A stretch of 64,000 nucleotides of DNA from Octopus sinensis (lineage: Eukaryota): contig NC_043003.1 in the NCBI RefSeq assembly GCF_006345805.1, forward strand, positions 30,814,001 through 30,878,000. Reading direction: 5' to 3'. Position numbers and translations under genes: made by a program. Under the pieces are notes generated by a model that was not told the origin of the DNA, ran no database searches, and was given only the letters and a program-made list of their open reading frames with translations. Below are positions 1 to 11,939 of the stretch, one piece after another; the first letter of the stretch is position 1; every line of letters begins with the position of its first letter.

Positions 1-120
1 TGACCTGATCTCAACAATAAACATCGACATCAACAATAAACACCTGATCCTGCTCATGGTCTTTCCACCTGCTAGAAATAGCAGCAAAATCTTCTTGAAA
101 TAATGGATTCACATTGTTTC

Positions 121-271
121 GGGGGAGGGAGTAAGTCGATTACATCGACCCCAGTGCTTGACTAGCATTTATTTTATCAACTCCGAAAGTTTGAACTGAG
201 AACGTAAAGACGGACGAAATGCCGCTAAGCATTTTGTCTAGTATGCTAACAACTCTGCCAGCTTGCCGCCT
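121..271 (-). mobile_element. tRNA-derived SINE family A, internally deleted, inserted in a family E repeat
   Basis: Reverse complement starts GGCGGCAAGCTGGCAGAGTTGTTAGCATAC and matches the full copy at 11117-11348; family E sequence lies on both sides. Confidence 0.8.
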
Positions 272-703
272 TAGTCATCCTTTACTATTTTAAAAAGAAG
301 AAAGACACAATATGTCTTGTACTCCTAGATACACTGTCTGAATAATGTATGATTTGGTCATACCTGGAACACCTGTTCTGGTTCGGTCTGTTTTGTGTTT
401 GCTTTTGGTAGAAATTGTCACTGTAAAGGTCTTATCTTTGTTGCCATGGTAACAAAGTAGTGGTAAAAGGATTGGTGAGGGTCATAATGCAAATGCTCCT
501 TTTTGGCCCTTTCTCATAGCTGATTCAGAGAGGGAGAGAGAGAGAGAAAACTGATTTCAAGATTTGCCTGGGTTCCATTGCTTTTTTTTGATATTCCAAA
601 TGTAGAGGCATTCTATATATCTGGTTGTTTTTAATGGTTTTGGTTCGTGATTGCTTGCACATTGATGGCTTAAGTATGTGGATATATATCTACTGTGTGT
701 GTA

Positions 704-1535
704 CAGACATCCATCTCCTGTGCTACAGGGGTAATGTGTTCCTGAAAATCTTTTCGTTATATGAAATTAATTTGCCCATTGATTTTCATGTTATAAAGTG
801 ATAATGTATTCTGATAGATTTTTCAAAAATCAACGACAAACAAATTACATGAACATTCTTATGTGTAAAAGTAAGCTTCTAAACCTACACAATACAATAT
901 GTATATATGAAAACATTTGAAGAGAAATATGTTAGGAAATATGTCACAATATTTGTAATAGGGTATGTTCCTACAACAAAAACTGTTGACTACTGTGTCA
1001 GGGATGGTGGTGGTGGTGTTGAAATGAGTGATGCTATCTTCTATTTTATAATATAATTCACCATCCCTATCTTGGGAGGCAAAGAACTTATTGAAAATTG
1101 TTTGATGTTTATGGCACATCATCTTTGTACTGCTCAGTGTAGAAACTGAGCTCATTGTAATTTCCTCTTGTAATTCTTATGTTCACTATTAAGATTGTTA
1201 TCAGCAAAAACTTGCTATCCTTCCTTTATATGTATTGACATTTTAGCAATATTGTTTGTAGTTCATTTATGTGAAGATTTTGGAATTTCTGTATTCTCAG
1301 CTTGCTTTTGTTCTAACAGCATCAGTTTCTTGTTAGATACACTATGTAGGACACTAACAATTCAACCACATAATCTTCTATGACATATCCAAACCTTTCA
1401 TTATTTGCAAGTGTCACATCTTTCCAAATTTGATGTAGATGTTCATCTTGTGGAAAAGTTGGAAAATCATGGATACAGTTTGGCCATATATTTTTTTGAA
1501 GCATCTTTCAAACTTGAGGGTTTAACTTCCTGTTA
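704..1535 (-). pseudogene. Tigger/pogo-type transposase C-terminal relic with one terminal region
   Basis: Minus-strand peptides EVKPSSLK / IWPNCIHDFPTF / GYVIEDYVVELLVS / FASQDRDGE match the Tigger pattern W.EV..WP.cv.dF.gF..Dv.eLL; stops and frameshifts; TA-CAG end near 702. Confidence 0.7.
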
Positions 1536-1549
1536 TGATTCAGACAGAA

Positions 1550-1703
1550 TTTTATTGAGGCAGATTCCCCTCTGAGATTCACACACTTATTGCAGCAGTC
1601 CTTCAGACTTTCTAAACCCTGTAAAAAAACTCAGAAGGTTGGGCCTCCAGCCAGACTTTCACAAAACCCTTAATGCCAGGAATTTTTCAGCACCCCCCTT
1701 GTA
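1550..1703 (+). mobile_element. mariner-like MITE, right part
   Basis: Homologous to 52308-52520; ends GCCAGGAATTTTTCAGCACCCCCCTTG-TA. Confidence 0.7.
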
Positions 1704-1959
1704 TATGTATATGTGTGTGTAATTGTGTGTTTGTGTGAATACTTGTTTTGTCATCGCTTCATGGTTGTAAACAAACTGCGTCATCATAAAAGTCATCGTT
1801 TCAGTCTTCTATGGAAAATGTTGTCTTGCCTAGGTACAAATGAGGATTGGTGACAGGTAGCGTTCTGACCATAGAAAATCTGTCTCAACAAAATTCTGTC
1901 TGACACATACAAGCATGAAAAAGCAGACATTAAAGATAACTGTGATCATCATTTTTACA

Positions 1960-2162
1960 AAGAAGCCATTCTATATAGTTGGTCAATGAGCTAGAAATAG
2001 CAACCAAATCTCTTTTATATCACACTTTATATTTCAAAATAGCAAGGAGATTCTGGATAATGTAGTTCTGAATTTGATATGTCTGAAAATAAGATAGGAT
2101 TGTCATAGCTGGAGCACCTTTGACCAAACGTCTTCACCGTGTCTGATGTGAGCTAAACAAAA
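1960..2162 (+). mobile_element. family E interspersed repeat (~220 bp, CAA tail)
   Basis: GCTAGAAATAGCAACCAAATCT...GCTGGAGCACCTTTGACC...GCTAAACAA, shared with many other copies. Confidence 0.7.
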
Positions 2163-3041
2163 CTTGATTCTTACTGATTGATTTTACTTCCTGATAATTT
2201 TCACTAATTTTTGTTCTTGTCTCTTTTTGGTTCATCTTCATTTTCACTTAAGCAGTCCCACTCAAAATAATCAGTTCTTTTTATCTGATTTGGTTTAACT
2301 GCATTGTTTGTATCATTATCAACATCATTACCATCATGGACATTTTTGTTTTATTGCCAATTCTTCACAAGTTAGTAAACAGATCATTGCTATTTGTCTC
2401 GATCCAGTGTCATCTTGTTTATCTCTATGATCCAGCAATAGAATATTGTATAGACTTCTGTGATTCAACTTCAGATTTTCTTTTTGATAGATTTTTTTTC
2501 TTTAGATATTTTTTATTCCTCAATCTAATTATAAATTCTTTTTGAATGCAAATATAAAAACAAACAAACAAACAACCCTGTATCAAAGACTTTTAGAATG
2601 TAACATTTCTTCAGAAATTACACTCTCAATGAAATTGTTTTTTCATACTTTTGTAAATTCTTATTTTGTGAATGGTATTTTCTGAAGATAATTTTATCAA
2701 AGACTAATAATTATATTCAAATAAAAATTGTAAAAAGCTTTTTAAATTGGGTTTTAGTTCTACTTTGCAGTTGGTAACAAAGAAAATTTTGAAATCTAGT
2801 TGTAATTTGGGGTTAGTAAGCTGTATTTAATGCAGGAATTATCATGGCATTTAAATATCTGTAATTTGTTTTTGGTATGCAATGATAGATGCTAATTGAT
2901 AAAATGGTAAATGTAAGGTGAAGCTATCATCGTTACTCATGTATAATACATGTCTGTATAGTGCGTATCTCTACTTATGGCTATCAAATCCTGGGAAAAT
3001 AGACCCTGTGTATAATATACATATACTTTCTTTAGGTTTTT

Positions 3042-3200
3042 GGTGCATGGTTATGTGGTAAGAAGCTTGCTTTCCAACAACATGGTTTTAGATTCTGTCC
3101 CACCACGTGACACCTTGTGCAAGTGTCTTCTACTATAGCCTTGGGCTGACCAAAGCTTTGTGAGTGAATTTGTTAGACGGAAAGGGAAAGAAGCCCGTCG
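3042..3200 (+). mobile_element. tRNA-derived CORE-like SINE family B, 5' half, followed by TA/CA microsatellite
   Basis: TGTGGTAAG A-box-like start; CACCTTGTGCAAGTGTCTTCTACTATAGCC core; matches 62955-63346. Confidence 0.85.
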
Positions 3201-3762
3201 TATATATATATATATATATATGCATATATATATATATATATACACAAACACACACATATTTATATATAAATATATATACTTATATTTACATATACACACA
3301 CGCATAAATACATACATACATACATATATATATATGAATCATCCAGCGAACACCCACCATTAGTCATCACAGTTGCTCAAGGTAAAAATGAATTCCTCGC
3401 TCTTTCAGGAACATCAATTTTTTATATTGACTGCATTCCACCACTTTGATCTATTTTTTATATATCACCACCACGAACCACTGCATCATACACTTTAAAC
3501 ATATAGCATGAACGAACTCACTTCAAACTATATATGAACTTTATGATGTCTGACTCCATTGTGTATTATAAATGAATTTCTTATATTTGATAGCATGAAC
3601 TATCTTTTTTTATATATAACTTTTTTTGATAAGGTTCATTTCAGGAACTGAAACATGTTATAATGTATATATAAAAATAAAAAATTGTATAATATAGCAG
3701 CATTTTCGAACTTCATTTTTTACAAATATATATATATATATATACATACACACACACATATA

Positions 3763-4776
3763 CAAGAAAAAGCACCACTGATGCTATATTTCTGCTAAGA
3801 CAGCTGCATGCGAAATTCTCAGCCAAAGATAAATCTCTGTACCTGGCTTTCGTTGACATGGAGAAAGCCTCTAACAGGTTCCTCCGATCCCTTATCTGGT
3901 GGTCAATGTGGAAACGAATGATAGATGAATGGCTAGTGAGAGCTGTGCAAGCCATGTACAGGGATGCTGTTAGTAAGGTGAGGGTTGGCAATGAGTATAG
4001 TGAAGAATTCCTGGTAGGGATTCACCAAGGATCAGTACTCAGCTCCCTCTTATTCATCATAGTCCTCCAGGCAATAACAGAGGAATTCAAGACATGATGT
4101 CCCTGGGCGCTTCTCTATGCTGATGACCTTGCTCTAATAGCTGAGTCACTATCAGAAGTAGAGAAGTTTCAGGTTTGGAAGCAAAGTCTAGAATCGAAGG
4201 GCCTTAGAGTCAATCTAGCAAAAACCAAAGTCTTAATAAATAGGAAAGCAGACAAATCACAAATCCCTACATGTAGATGGCCCTGCTCAATCTGTAGAAA
4301 AGGCATAGGTAGAAACTCCATAAGATGTTCCCGGTGTAAGTTATGGACGCATAAAAGGTGCAACAATATTAAATGAAGGCTAACTGGGAAGATAGTTTTT
4401 ATGTGTGGCAAATGCTCAGGGTCAACAAACACTAAAAAAATATGCAGAAAACAGCTTCTGTTTTCCAAATCAGTAGCAGGGGTGAATGCTCTGAGAATGT
4501 AGCTGCTAGAATAAGAATAGCTTGGGCAAAGTTCAGAGAGCTCCTACCTCTGCTGGTGACAAAGGACCTCTTGCTCAGAGTAAAAGGTAGAATGTATGAC
4601 GCATGTGTGCAAACGGCCATGCTACATGGCAGTGAAACATGAGCTGTGACTGCTGAGGACATGCGTTAGCTTGCAAGGAATGAAGCTAGTATGCTCTACT
4701 GGATGTGTAATGTCAGTGTGCATACACAACAGCGCGTAAGTTCCCAGAGAGAAAAGTTGGACATCAGCAGTATCAG
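3763..4776 (+). pseudogene. RTE-clade LINE reverse transcriptase fragment with PHD-like zinc finger
   Basis: STTDAIFLLRQL, AFVDMEKA, GIHQGSVLSSLLF, LLYADDL (4116-4127), GLRVNLAKTKV, RIRIAWAKFREL, AMLHGSET*; several in-frame stops. Confidence 0.95.
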
Positions 4777-4789
4777 AAAGGAACACTTG

Positions 4790-5300
4790 TAGAAACTTCT
4801 TAGACCTGATATAGGGGGTACAGAAATACATATACCAAAATATGTTGTCATACGCTCAGATAGAAAGGAGCCATGGTGGAGTTGCTGTGTACATCTGAGT
4901 GAACCTCATGCCCCAAGTCCTGCTGTCATATTCTAATTCAGTGTGTGACACTCAAATTGTACACATAAGACAACTTAATATTGTTATATGTACTACATAT
5001 CGCCCACCAGATGCTCCGAGTCATATAGGCAAATTTGAAGACTGCCTAGCAAAGATAGAAGTTCTCATCAAACTGGAACAACACATTAATGTATTCCTTT
5101 TGGGTGACTATAACTTCCGGAACATGGAATGGCCTGGGGGCCAGATTCTCCCAGGAATAAAATACCAACAGCAAGCACAAGAAGAGTCCTTGCGCTAACT
5201 TACCAATGCCTCTTTCATGGAACAAATCATGCTGCAACCAACCAGGGCAAATAATATACTAGATGTCTGCTTCACAAACAATATAGACATTATTCGTAAT
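4790..5300 (+). pseudogene. APE-type endonuclease fragment of a CR1/L2/Jockey-group LINE
   Basis: IRSDR, HGGVAVYI, YRPPD, LLGDYN, PTRANNILDVCFTN motifs; stops and frameshift. Confidence 0.9.
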
Positions 5301-5322
5301 ATATATATAAATATACTTATAT

Positions 5323-5577
5323 TGGCACATAAAATACACCAATCCGACCGTGGCCGTTGCCAGCCTCGCCTGGCACCTGTGCAGGTGGCACGTAAAAAGC
5401 ACCCACTACACTCACGGAGTGGTTGGCGTTAGGAAGGGCATCCAGCTGTAGAAACACTGCCAGATTTGACTGGAGCCTGGTGCAGCCTTCTGGCTTCCCA
5501 GATCCCCGGTCGAACCGTCCAACCCATGCTAGCATGGAGAACGGACGTTAAACGATGATGATGATGATGATGATGAT
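5323..5577 (+). mobile_element. family C short retroposon ((GAT)n tail)
   Basis: TGGCACGTAAAAAGCACC, GTTAGGAAGGGCATCCAGCTGTAGAAAC, CCCATGCTAGCATGG, GGACGTTAAAC(GAT)n. Confidence 0.9.
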
Positions 5578-5607
5578 ATACACACACACACACACTTACA
5601 TAATATA

Positions 5608-5693
<86 letters not shown>

Positions 5694-5710
5694 ACACACA
5701 CACACACATA
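5578..5710. repeat. compound (CA)n/(TA)n microsatellite
   Basis: Direct reading. Confidence 0.95.
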
Positions 5711-6330
5711 TAGTTGTAAGATACCACACAAGTGGAAATATATATGAAAGAAGGTTTGAAAATGCAATTTTAAAGATGTTTATTCACTTGACCAGTTTCA
5801 CATTTTTAGAAAAAGATTGTCAAAAGTAAAATGTAAAGCTTTGTATAAGCTTTGTTGTGTTAAGCACTGGTTGTCACAGAAGTATTAAAATTCATATATT
5901 CTTCGATAATAATAAGAAAGTATTAAGAAAATATTCAACAAAAAGTATTAGGTGTTCAATAAAAACCATGTTTGTTTCATTGTATATATATATGTATACA
6001 CAGAAGGAGATATATTTAAGAATTTACAAAAAATTGGAGAGGAACCAACCTGTCTTTTTGGCATTTTTTCTGTTTTGTGTGTAGCTAAAGATTGTTTACT
6101 ATTTTAAGGGACAGTGTGGGAGGTTGGCTGGGAGGAAGGAGGAGCAGTATGGAATTAAAAGGATTTTTTTTGCTTCTTGTCTAGACTGTCATGGTTCAGT
6201 GGTTTTTAGGACTGGTCTTAGAGGTCAGAAAGGTGTGAGTGTGTGTTTCTGTGTAGTTTATGTGTATATACATGTGTTTGTGTGTGTGTGTGGGCCGTTT
6301 TTGATTGGTCTCAGACTCTGGGACCAATAT

Positions 6331-6387
<57 letters not shown>

Positions 6388-7329
6388 TTATGTCAGCTCA
6401 ATATGGTGAAAACAATTTCATTTTTCAATTTTGTCTTTTTTTTTTAAATCAGAATCTTAAATTGAAATATTATTTCAGATTTTTATGAAGTGAAAAAATG
6501 TATATTAAACACTTTTGTATGTAGTATTTTGTATATCATTTCATAGGATATAAATGATTTTGGCTTTGTTTGTGCATTTTATTTACAGCAGGAATTTCTG
6601 TCTAGATAAAAACAAATTGTCAGTTATTTTCTGGTTATTTCATGTCAATGGTTTTGAGCTAAGTAGAATCCTTTGGAACTGTTCCCATCAACCTTCAGTA
6701 TGGAAGGATATAGAAGACATTGCTGAATGCAAACACTTTCATTGTATGTATGTCCATTTAAATACTGTTATTATTGAATACTTTCAATGGAAGTGTATTT
6801 AGTGATGCTTGATTGTAATAATTACAGTATTTCAGGAAGAGAAGTATTTATGTATTATCCTTATTGATTAATTATTATTTTAATCTTCACATTACATAAA
6901 GTAGTATTTTCAATAATAAAAGTGTTACATTCTGGTCTTATTTTCCTTTTTTGTATTGAAAATTGATTTGGCCTTCTGCACTGAAGGCTGATGTCAGTAA
7001 TTCCATGGGACACGTTTTTACCTGTGGCACCAAGCATTTAATGTATTAATTACTATCATAGGAAAATGCAACATTAATTATAGTGATTTTTAACTCTTTG
7101 TTATACATCACTTAACTTAGACAATAGATATAACTTCTGTCATACCTTCCTAAATGTGGTGGTCCACTTTGGCTGGAAAAAAATGGGTGTCATGTACTTA
7201 TGTATAATGTGCACCCCTAATATTTAAGTTTAAAAATCCAGGGGAAAAATGGATATTATTCACAAATAAATTAGGCAATCACATTATTAGAGTATTTCGT
7301 TTATGTACATATCAGCTCACAACTAAAAG

Positions 7330-7522
7330 AAAGCCACTCTGTAGCTGCTTTGACTACTAGAAATAGTAGCCATATCTCCTTTAAATCTCATACTAACTAT
7401 CTTAAAATGTCGTATTGTACCTATTACGTAATATATCTGGAAATAAAATGATCTGATAATTATAGCTGGATTGTTTTTGATCATATGTCTGCTTGATTAG
7501 AACTGACCTGAGAATAAGCAAC
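7330..7522 (+). mobile_element. family E repeat
   Basis: CTAGAAATAGTAGCC...GCTGGATTGTTTTTGATCATATGTCTGCTTG...AAGCAAC. Confidence 0.65.
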
Positions 7523-7803
7523 TAAATTTAGTACTCATTATATTCTAAGCTTTTTGATAGATTGAAAATAGCATTAGCAAAATTTGCAGAAAATTTCTAA
7601 CAGGATCCCTAACAAGAACATTTGTGCAGTGGTACCTGTCTCATAGTTTGAAAGTTGAAATATATAGGGCATCCAGTAATGAAAAAAGTAACTTCTGCAA
7701 CAGGGTGAAAATTTCATGTTTGAAAGAACGCAGTTATGTCATTAATGCTAGCATGAAAAATGGATGTCATATACACACACATACAAATAAACATATAAAT
7801 ACT

Positions 7804-8224
7804 GGCATAGCTGTGTGGTAAGAAGTTTGTTTTGCAACTATGTGATTTCAGGTTCAGCCCTATTATAAGGCATCTTGGATGACTGTCTACTATAGTCCTG
7901 GGCTAATTATTACTTTGTGAACAGAATTGATAGATGGATACTGTATGGAATCTCATTGTATATGTGTGTCTGTTTGTGTGCATATGTGTGTGAATGTTGA
8001 CTTTCCATAGCCTTTGCTTGTCACCATCTGAGCAAAATAGCAATATGTTTACATTCTTTGTTCCTTGTTGACATTGTGACCAGTTGTTCTGCACTCTTGA
8101 AGTAAATCCCTTACCTAAAAAACAGGCAAGTGCTGGTGACAGGAAGACCATCCAATTTTAAAATGCTGCCTCAAATAAGTTCTTGTCCAACCTATACTAG
8201 CATGAAAAAACAAGACATTAAACA
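7804..8224 (+). mobile_element. old SINE with family B head and family C-like tail
   Basis: GCTGTGTGGTAAGAAG head, internal TG run, then TGGTGACAGGAAGACCATCC...CTAGCATGAAAA...GACATTAAAC. Confidence 0.65.
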
Positions 8225-8344
8225 AATGAGCATCTGAATAATGTTTTAGGTCTCAGTTAAGTTAAATAACCTAACCAGTTTAATATCTTGACCTAAAATA
8301 TTTATTGATTATTCAGTTCTGTATTTAAGAGATGAGTTATGTAC

Positions 8345-8617
8345 ATTATTTACATTTGAAAGATATTTGTCCTCATCTTGTTTCTTGTGAACACAATGTT
8401 TCAGCTTATATACCCTCCAGCCTTCATCAGGTGTCTTGGGGAAATTTTGAATCTGGGTTCTCATTCCTAAGGTATTTTTCGATTATTATTCTGGTCACTG
8501 CCTGGAATCACTCTCGGAATCTTGGGGTTATGGTGTAGTGGTTAGACACCTGATGAAGGCTGGAAGGTATATCAGCCGAAACGTGTTGAGGACAAATATC
8601 CTTCAAATGTAAATAAT
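8345..8617. mobile_element. inverted (head-to-head) dimer of a tRNA-headed, hammerhead-bearing Penelope-like short element
   Basis: Arms 8345-8436 and 8544-8617 are reverse complements; each carries CTGATGA-stem-GAAA; degenerate B-box on minus strand (~8500-8530) and TGGTGTAGTGGTTA A-box-like motif on plus strand (8531-8544). Confidence 0.75.
8545..8587 (+). ncRNA. type-I hammerhead ribozyme motif (stem III/cleavage region shortened)
   Basis: GACAC-CTGATGA-A-GGCTG(loop)CAGCC-GAAA-CGTGTT. Confidence 0.6.
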
Positions 8618-9084
8618 TTTATTGATTATTGTTGTGCAGTGATATTTCATTTGCCCATAAGTTGGCTTTTTTTTCTTTTTTTTTTTCAGTTAACAGTTCT
8701 GCTGTAAACAAAATGCAATTTTTTTTATTTAGTAAAGAAATAAACATGTAAAGCAGGTAATAACTTGTCCTGTGTTGTGGAATCATGTTGAGAATATTTA
8801 CTCTTAGTTATTTAGCTAAGAAACAGTTATAGAAAACTTCAGACAAAAATCTTAATCTTGAGAAACACATAAAAATATCTGAACTACAAAGTATATTCAA
8901 AAAATGTTTGACAGGTGATTGTAAATACTAATTCTGACCTTTGGCTAGTCATAGTAGAAGTTACATAGAGTAATGGAGATCAACTCTGGGTCTTGAGTTC
9001 AAATTCACTCCATCCATTTTATTTATATTTTCAGAGTATACTTTATTTCATATGTTGTGTTTATGACAGTTATGTACAATACCT

Positions 9085-9414
9085 TTTACTTGTTTTAGTC
9101 ACTGGACAGCAGCTGTCCTGGAGCATCACCTTGAAGGGTTTAGTAAAAAAAAGAAATGACCGTTTTTTAAAGTTATGGTAATGTAAACAAACCAACACCA
9201 GTTGTCCAGCTGTGGTGGAGGACAAACATGAAGATACACATATATATATATAAATATATATACACACACACAGTTTCTTTCAGTTTCCATCTACCAAATC
9301 CACTCAAGGCTTTGGTCAACCTGGGGCTATAGTAGAATACACTTGCCCATGGTGCCACACAGTGATACCATTTAGTTGGGGAGCAAACCTTTTACCATAT
9401 AGCTATATCTGTGC
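9085..9414 (-). mobile_element. SINE family B, diverged, internally deleted
   Basis: Reverse-complement match to both halves of 62955-63346. Confidence 0.8.
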
Positions 9415-10759
9415 TTATCAATATTTATGATAATTATACAAGTCCACCACAATAAGTAAGCTTAAATCTTTGGATGGCTATTCAAATGGAATATTCTGAT
9501 AATTCAATCTTATCTGAACAGTGCACCTCATAAACTGTCCAATACATTGAGGTAGTAGTTACTTTAGATTGTCCTAACCATGTTTAAACATGCAGAAGGT
9601 ATGCAATGCCATAATGACAAGATAATAATTGTCTCACAGACTTAGTAGACACTGTGCAAATTATGTTTATTACAAATAGGTTTCAATAATTTCATTAAAA
9701 AAAGTAATTAGATTATTCAGACAGTATAAGAAGGTATTCAAAGTGTAGTAGAAATATAGAGTTTCCAGTATGTCATGAAACGTCCGGTTGTAAGGAAATA
9801 TTATCTTACTTGGAAATAGGTGAGAGTTGGCGATGGGAAGAGCATCCAGTTGTAGAAAATCTGCCCAATAAATTCCATTTGACTCATGCTAGTGTGGAAA
9901 AGTGGATGTTAAATTGATGATGTTGGTTGTTTTCCAAAGTGCAAAGCTACTGGATAATTTGTTGACAGAAATATCAACAAATGTCACCTTCGCAAAGCAC
10001 AGACTATAAACGTTGTAGGAGACATTTGCCCCTGGTTCCATGGAATGAGAGTGAACCTGCTAGCTGCAAAGCAAACTTCGTAGCTTAAAAATGTATAAAA
10101 TAAGTAAATAAATAAATGATTAAATATATATGTAAAACATATGTAAAGAGAATATTTACTTAGTGTTGTTAATCATATTTTTCATTTTAAAGATGACAGC
10201 TAATTTGTCTTGCCTGCTATAATGCAGTTTGTTTTGGCTGAAGATTATGTTTCTTTAGTAATATTACCAGTTTTTGCTCATCCTCTGTATGGATGACTGA
10301 TTGATTATACTGTGGTGGTGGCTATGAGGCTAAGGTGCTCCACTACTAACAGAGATGGACATTCAGCATGCAAACTGTCGCAGTAAGCATCATCTTGCAG
10401 GTTTTTATTGTCTACTTAATCTCAGTCCTGGTTGTGACTCCTAATTTTAGCCTTAGAGTTTGCTTGCAAATTTCTTGAACCATTGAAATGTTTGCAGTGA
10501 AAGTTAGCCTACATTTCTGTTTTGTTACATATTATGGCCTACTGGAAAATAGGGTGTTTTTTTTTAAAAAATTATTTGTTGAAGTATGCACAAACATAAC
10601 AGTTGTTGGAGTGAGTTAAGTTGATACTCTGAAGTGTCAGTTGTTTGTATTTTCATTAGTTTTCTGTCTAAGTAACCAAGATATTTTATAACTCTTAATG
10701 GTTCAGTTCATATAGATGAACATAATCCCTGCCGGGTGGTTGCACTTTATTTCTGTACC

Positions 10760-10936
10760 ATTAATGTCTCTTCACATCTTGTTGCTCTTATTGAATTGCG
10801 CTTCCCTAGCCCTTCACTCAATAGTTTACCCACTCCTTTCTTCTTAGAAAAAGCCCTTCCCTCACTTTGCATGCTTTTATCTACAAGCCTCACCTGCAGG
10901 TGTTTAAACTGAACATAAATTGCATTGATCTCACCA
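10760..10936 (+). pseudogene. LINE ORF2 C-terminus relic (CR1/L2 group)
   Basis: LHAFIYKPHLQVFKLNINCIDLT resembles the end of the 59625-59995 relic (HVFLTNIDQQQFKWSTNDIKLT). Confidence 0.4.
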
Positions 10937-11116
10937 GATGTGGTGTGTGTGTATGTGTGGTTGTTGTGGGAAGCAAAGTTTGACCTTGCCTTTGACCACC
11001 CCGTATATAAAAAGAAAAAAAAAAGGAAGTGTTACTTTTTGATCAGCTTCTAATTATGAGTTCAAATTTTGTGTACAGCTTACAGAGAGCTTGACTCTTG
11101 ATATACTACGAAAATA

Positions 11117-11348
11117 AGGCGGTGAGCTGGCAGAAACGTTAGCACACCGGGCGAAATGCTTAGCGGTATTGCGTCTGTTGTTGCGTTCTGAGTTCAAATT
11201 CCGCCGAGGTCGACTTTGCCTTTCATCCTTTCGGGGTTGATAAATTAAGTACCAGTTACGCACTGGGGTCGATTTAATCAACTTAATCCGTTTGTCTGTC
11301 CTTGTTTGTCCCCTCTATGTTTAGCCCCTTGTGGGCAATAAAGAAACA
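11117..11348 (+). mobile_element. full-length young SINE family A with 17-bp TSD
   Basis: A/B-box-like TGGCAGAAACG / GAGTTCAAATTCC; central GCCTTTCATCCTTTCGGGGTTGATAAATTAAGTACCAG (Meta/MESC-like domain); TSD GATATACTAYGAAAATA at 11100-11116 and 11349-11365. Confidence 0.95.
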
Positions 11349-11939
11349 GATATACTATGAAAATATGAAGTATTCAGTGGTAGCATAACTGGATGTTGCT
11401 CTTTCTCTCTTACTCTCTCCCTCCCACACATGCATGCAGGAACCTAGTTGCCGACCCAATATATTCATATTCATGCAAAGAAGTGTGGATGGCAGAATCA
11501 GTAGAGTGCTGAACAAAATCCTTTATGGTTTTTGTTACATTTTTGAGTTCAAATCTTGCCTCAGTCTAGTTAACCTGGTCACCCTTCCAAGATTTATAAA
11601 ATAAATACCACTCGATAAAATAAGTATTATGTGCCCCTTATGGTTTTCAACTGCATGGTAAACATTTACAATTCCTAGTTAAAACTGAGACAGACTCAAT
11701 AACGTTTAAATTCCAGTAACTTGTTAGTGATGGGGGTTATTGATTAACTGAATTTTTGGAATGCCTTGATAAAAGATGTCATTATCCTTATCATCATGTT
11801 CATTTTTTTTTCCATGCTGCATAGTTGGATGGGACTTTTTGAGGCATTTTTTTACAGTTGGATACTTTCCTGATATCAACCATTTTAGTCACCCCTTATG
11901 ACATGCAGGAATGTATACAGTGTACTCGTTCTGTTTTTA

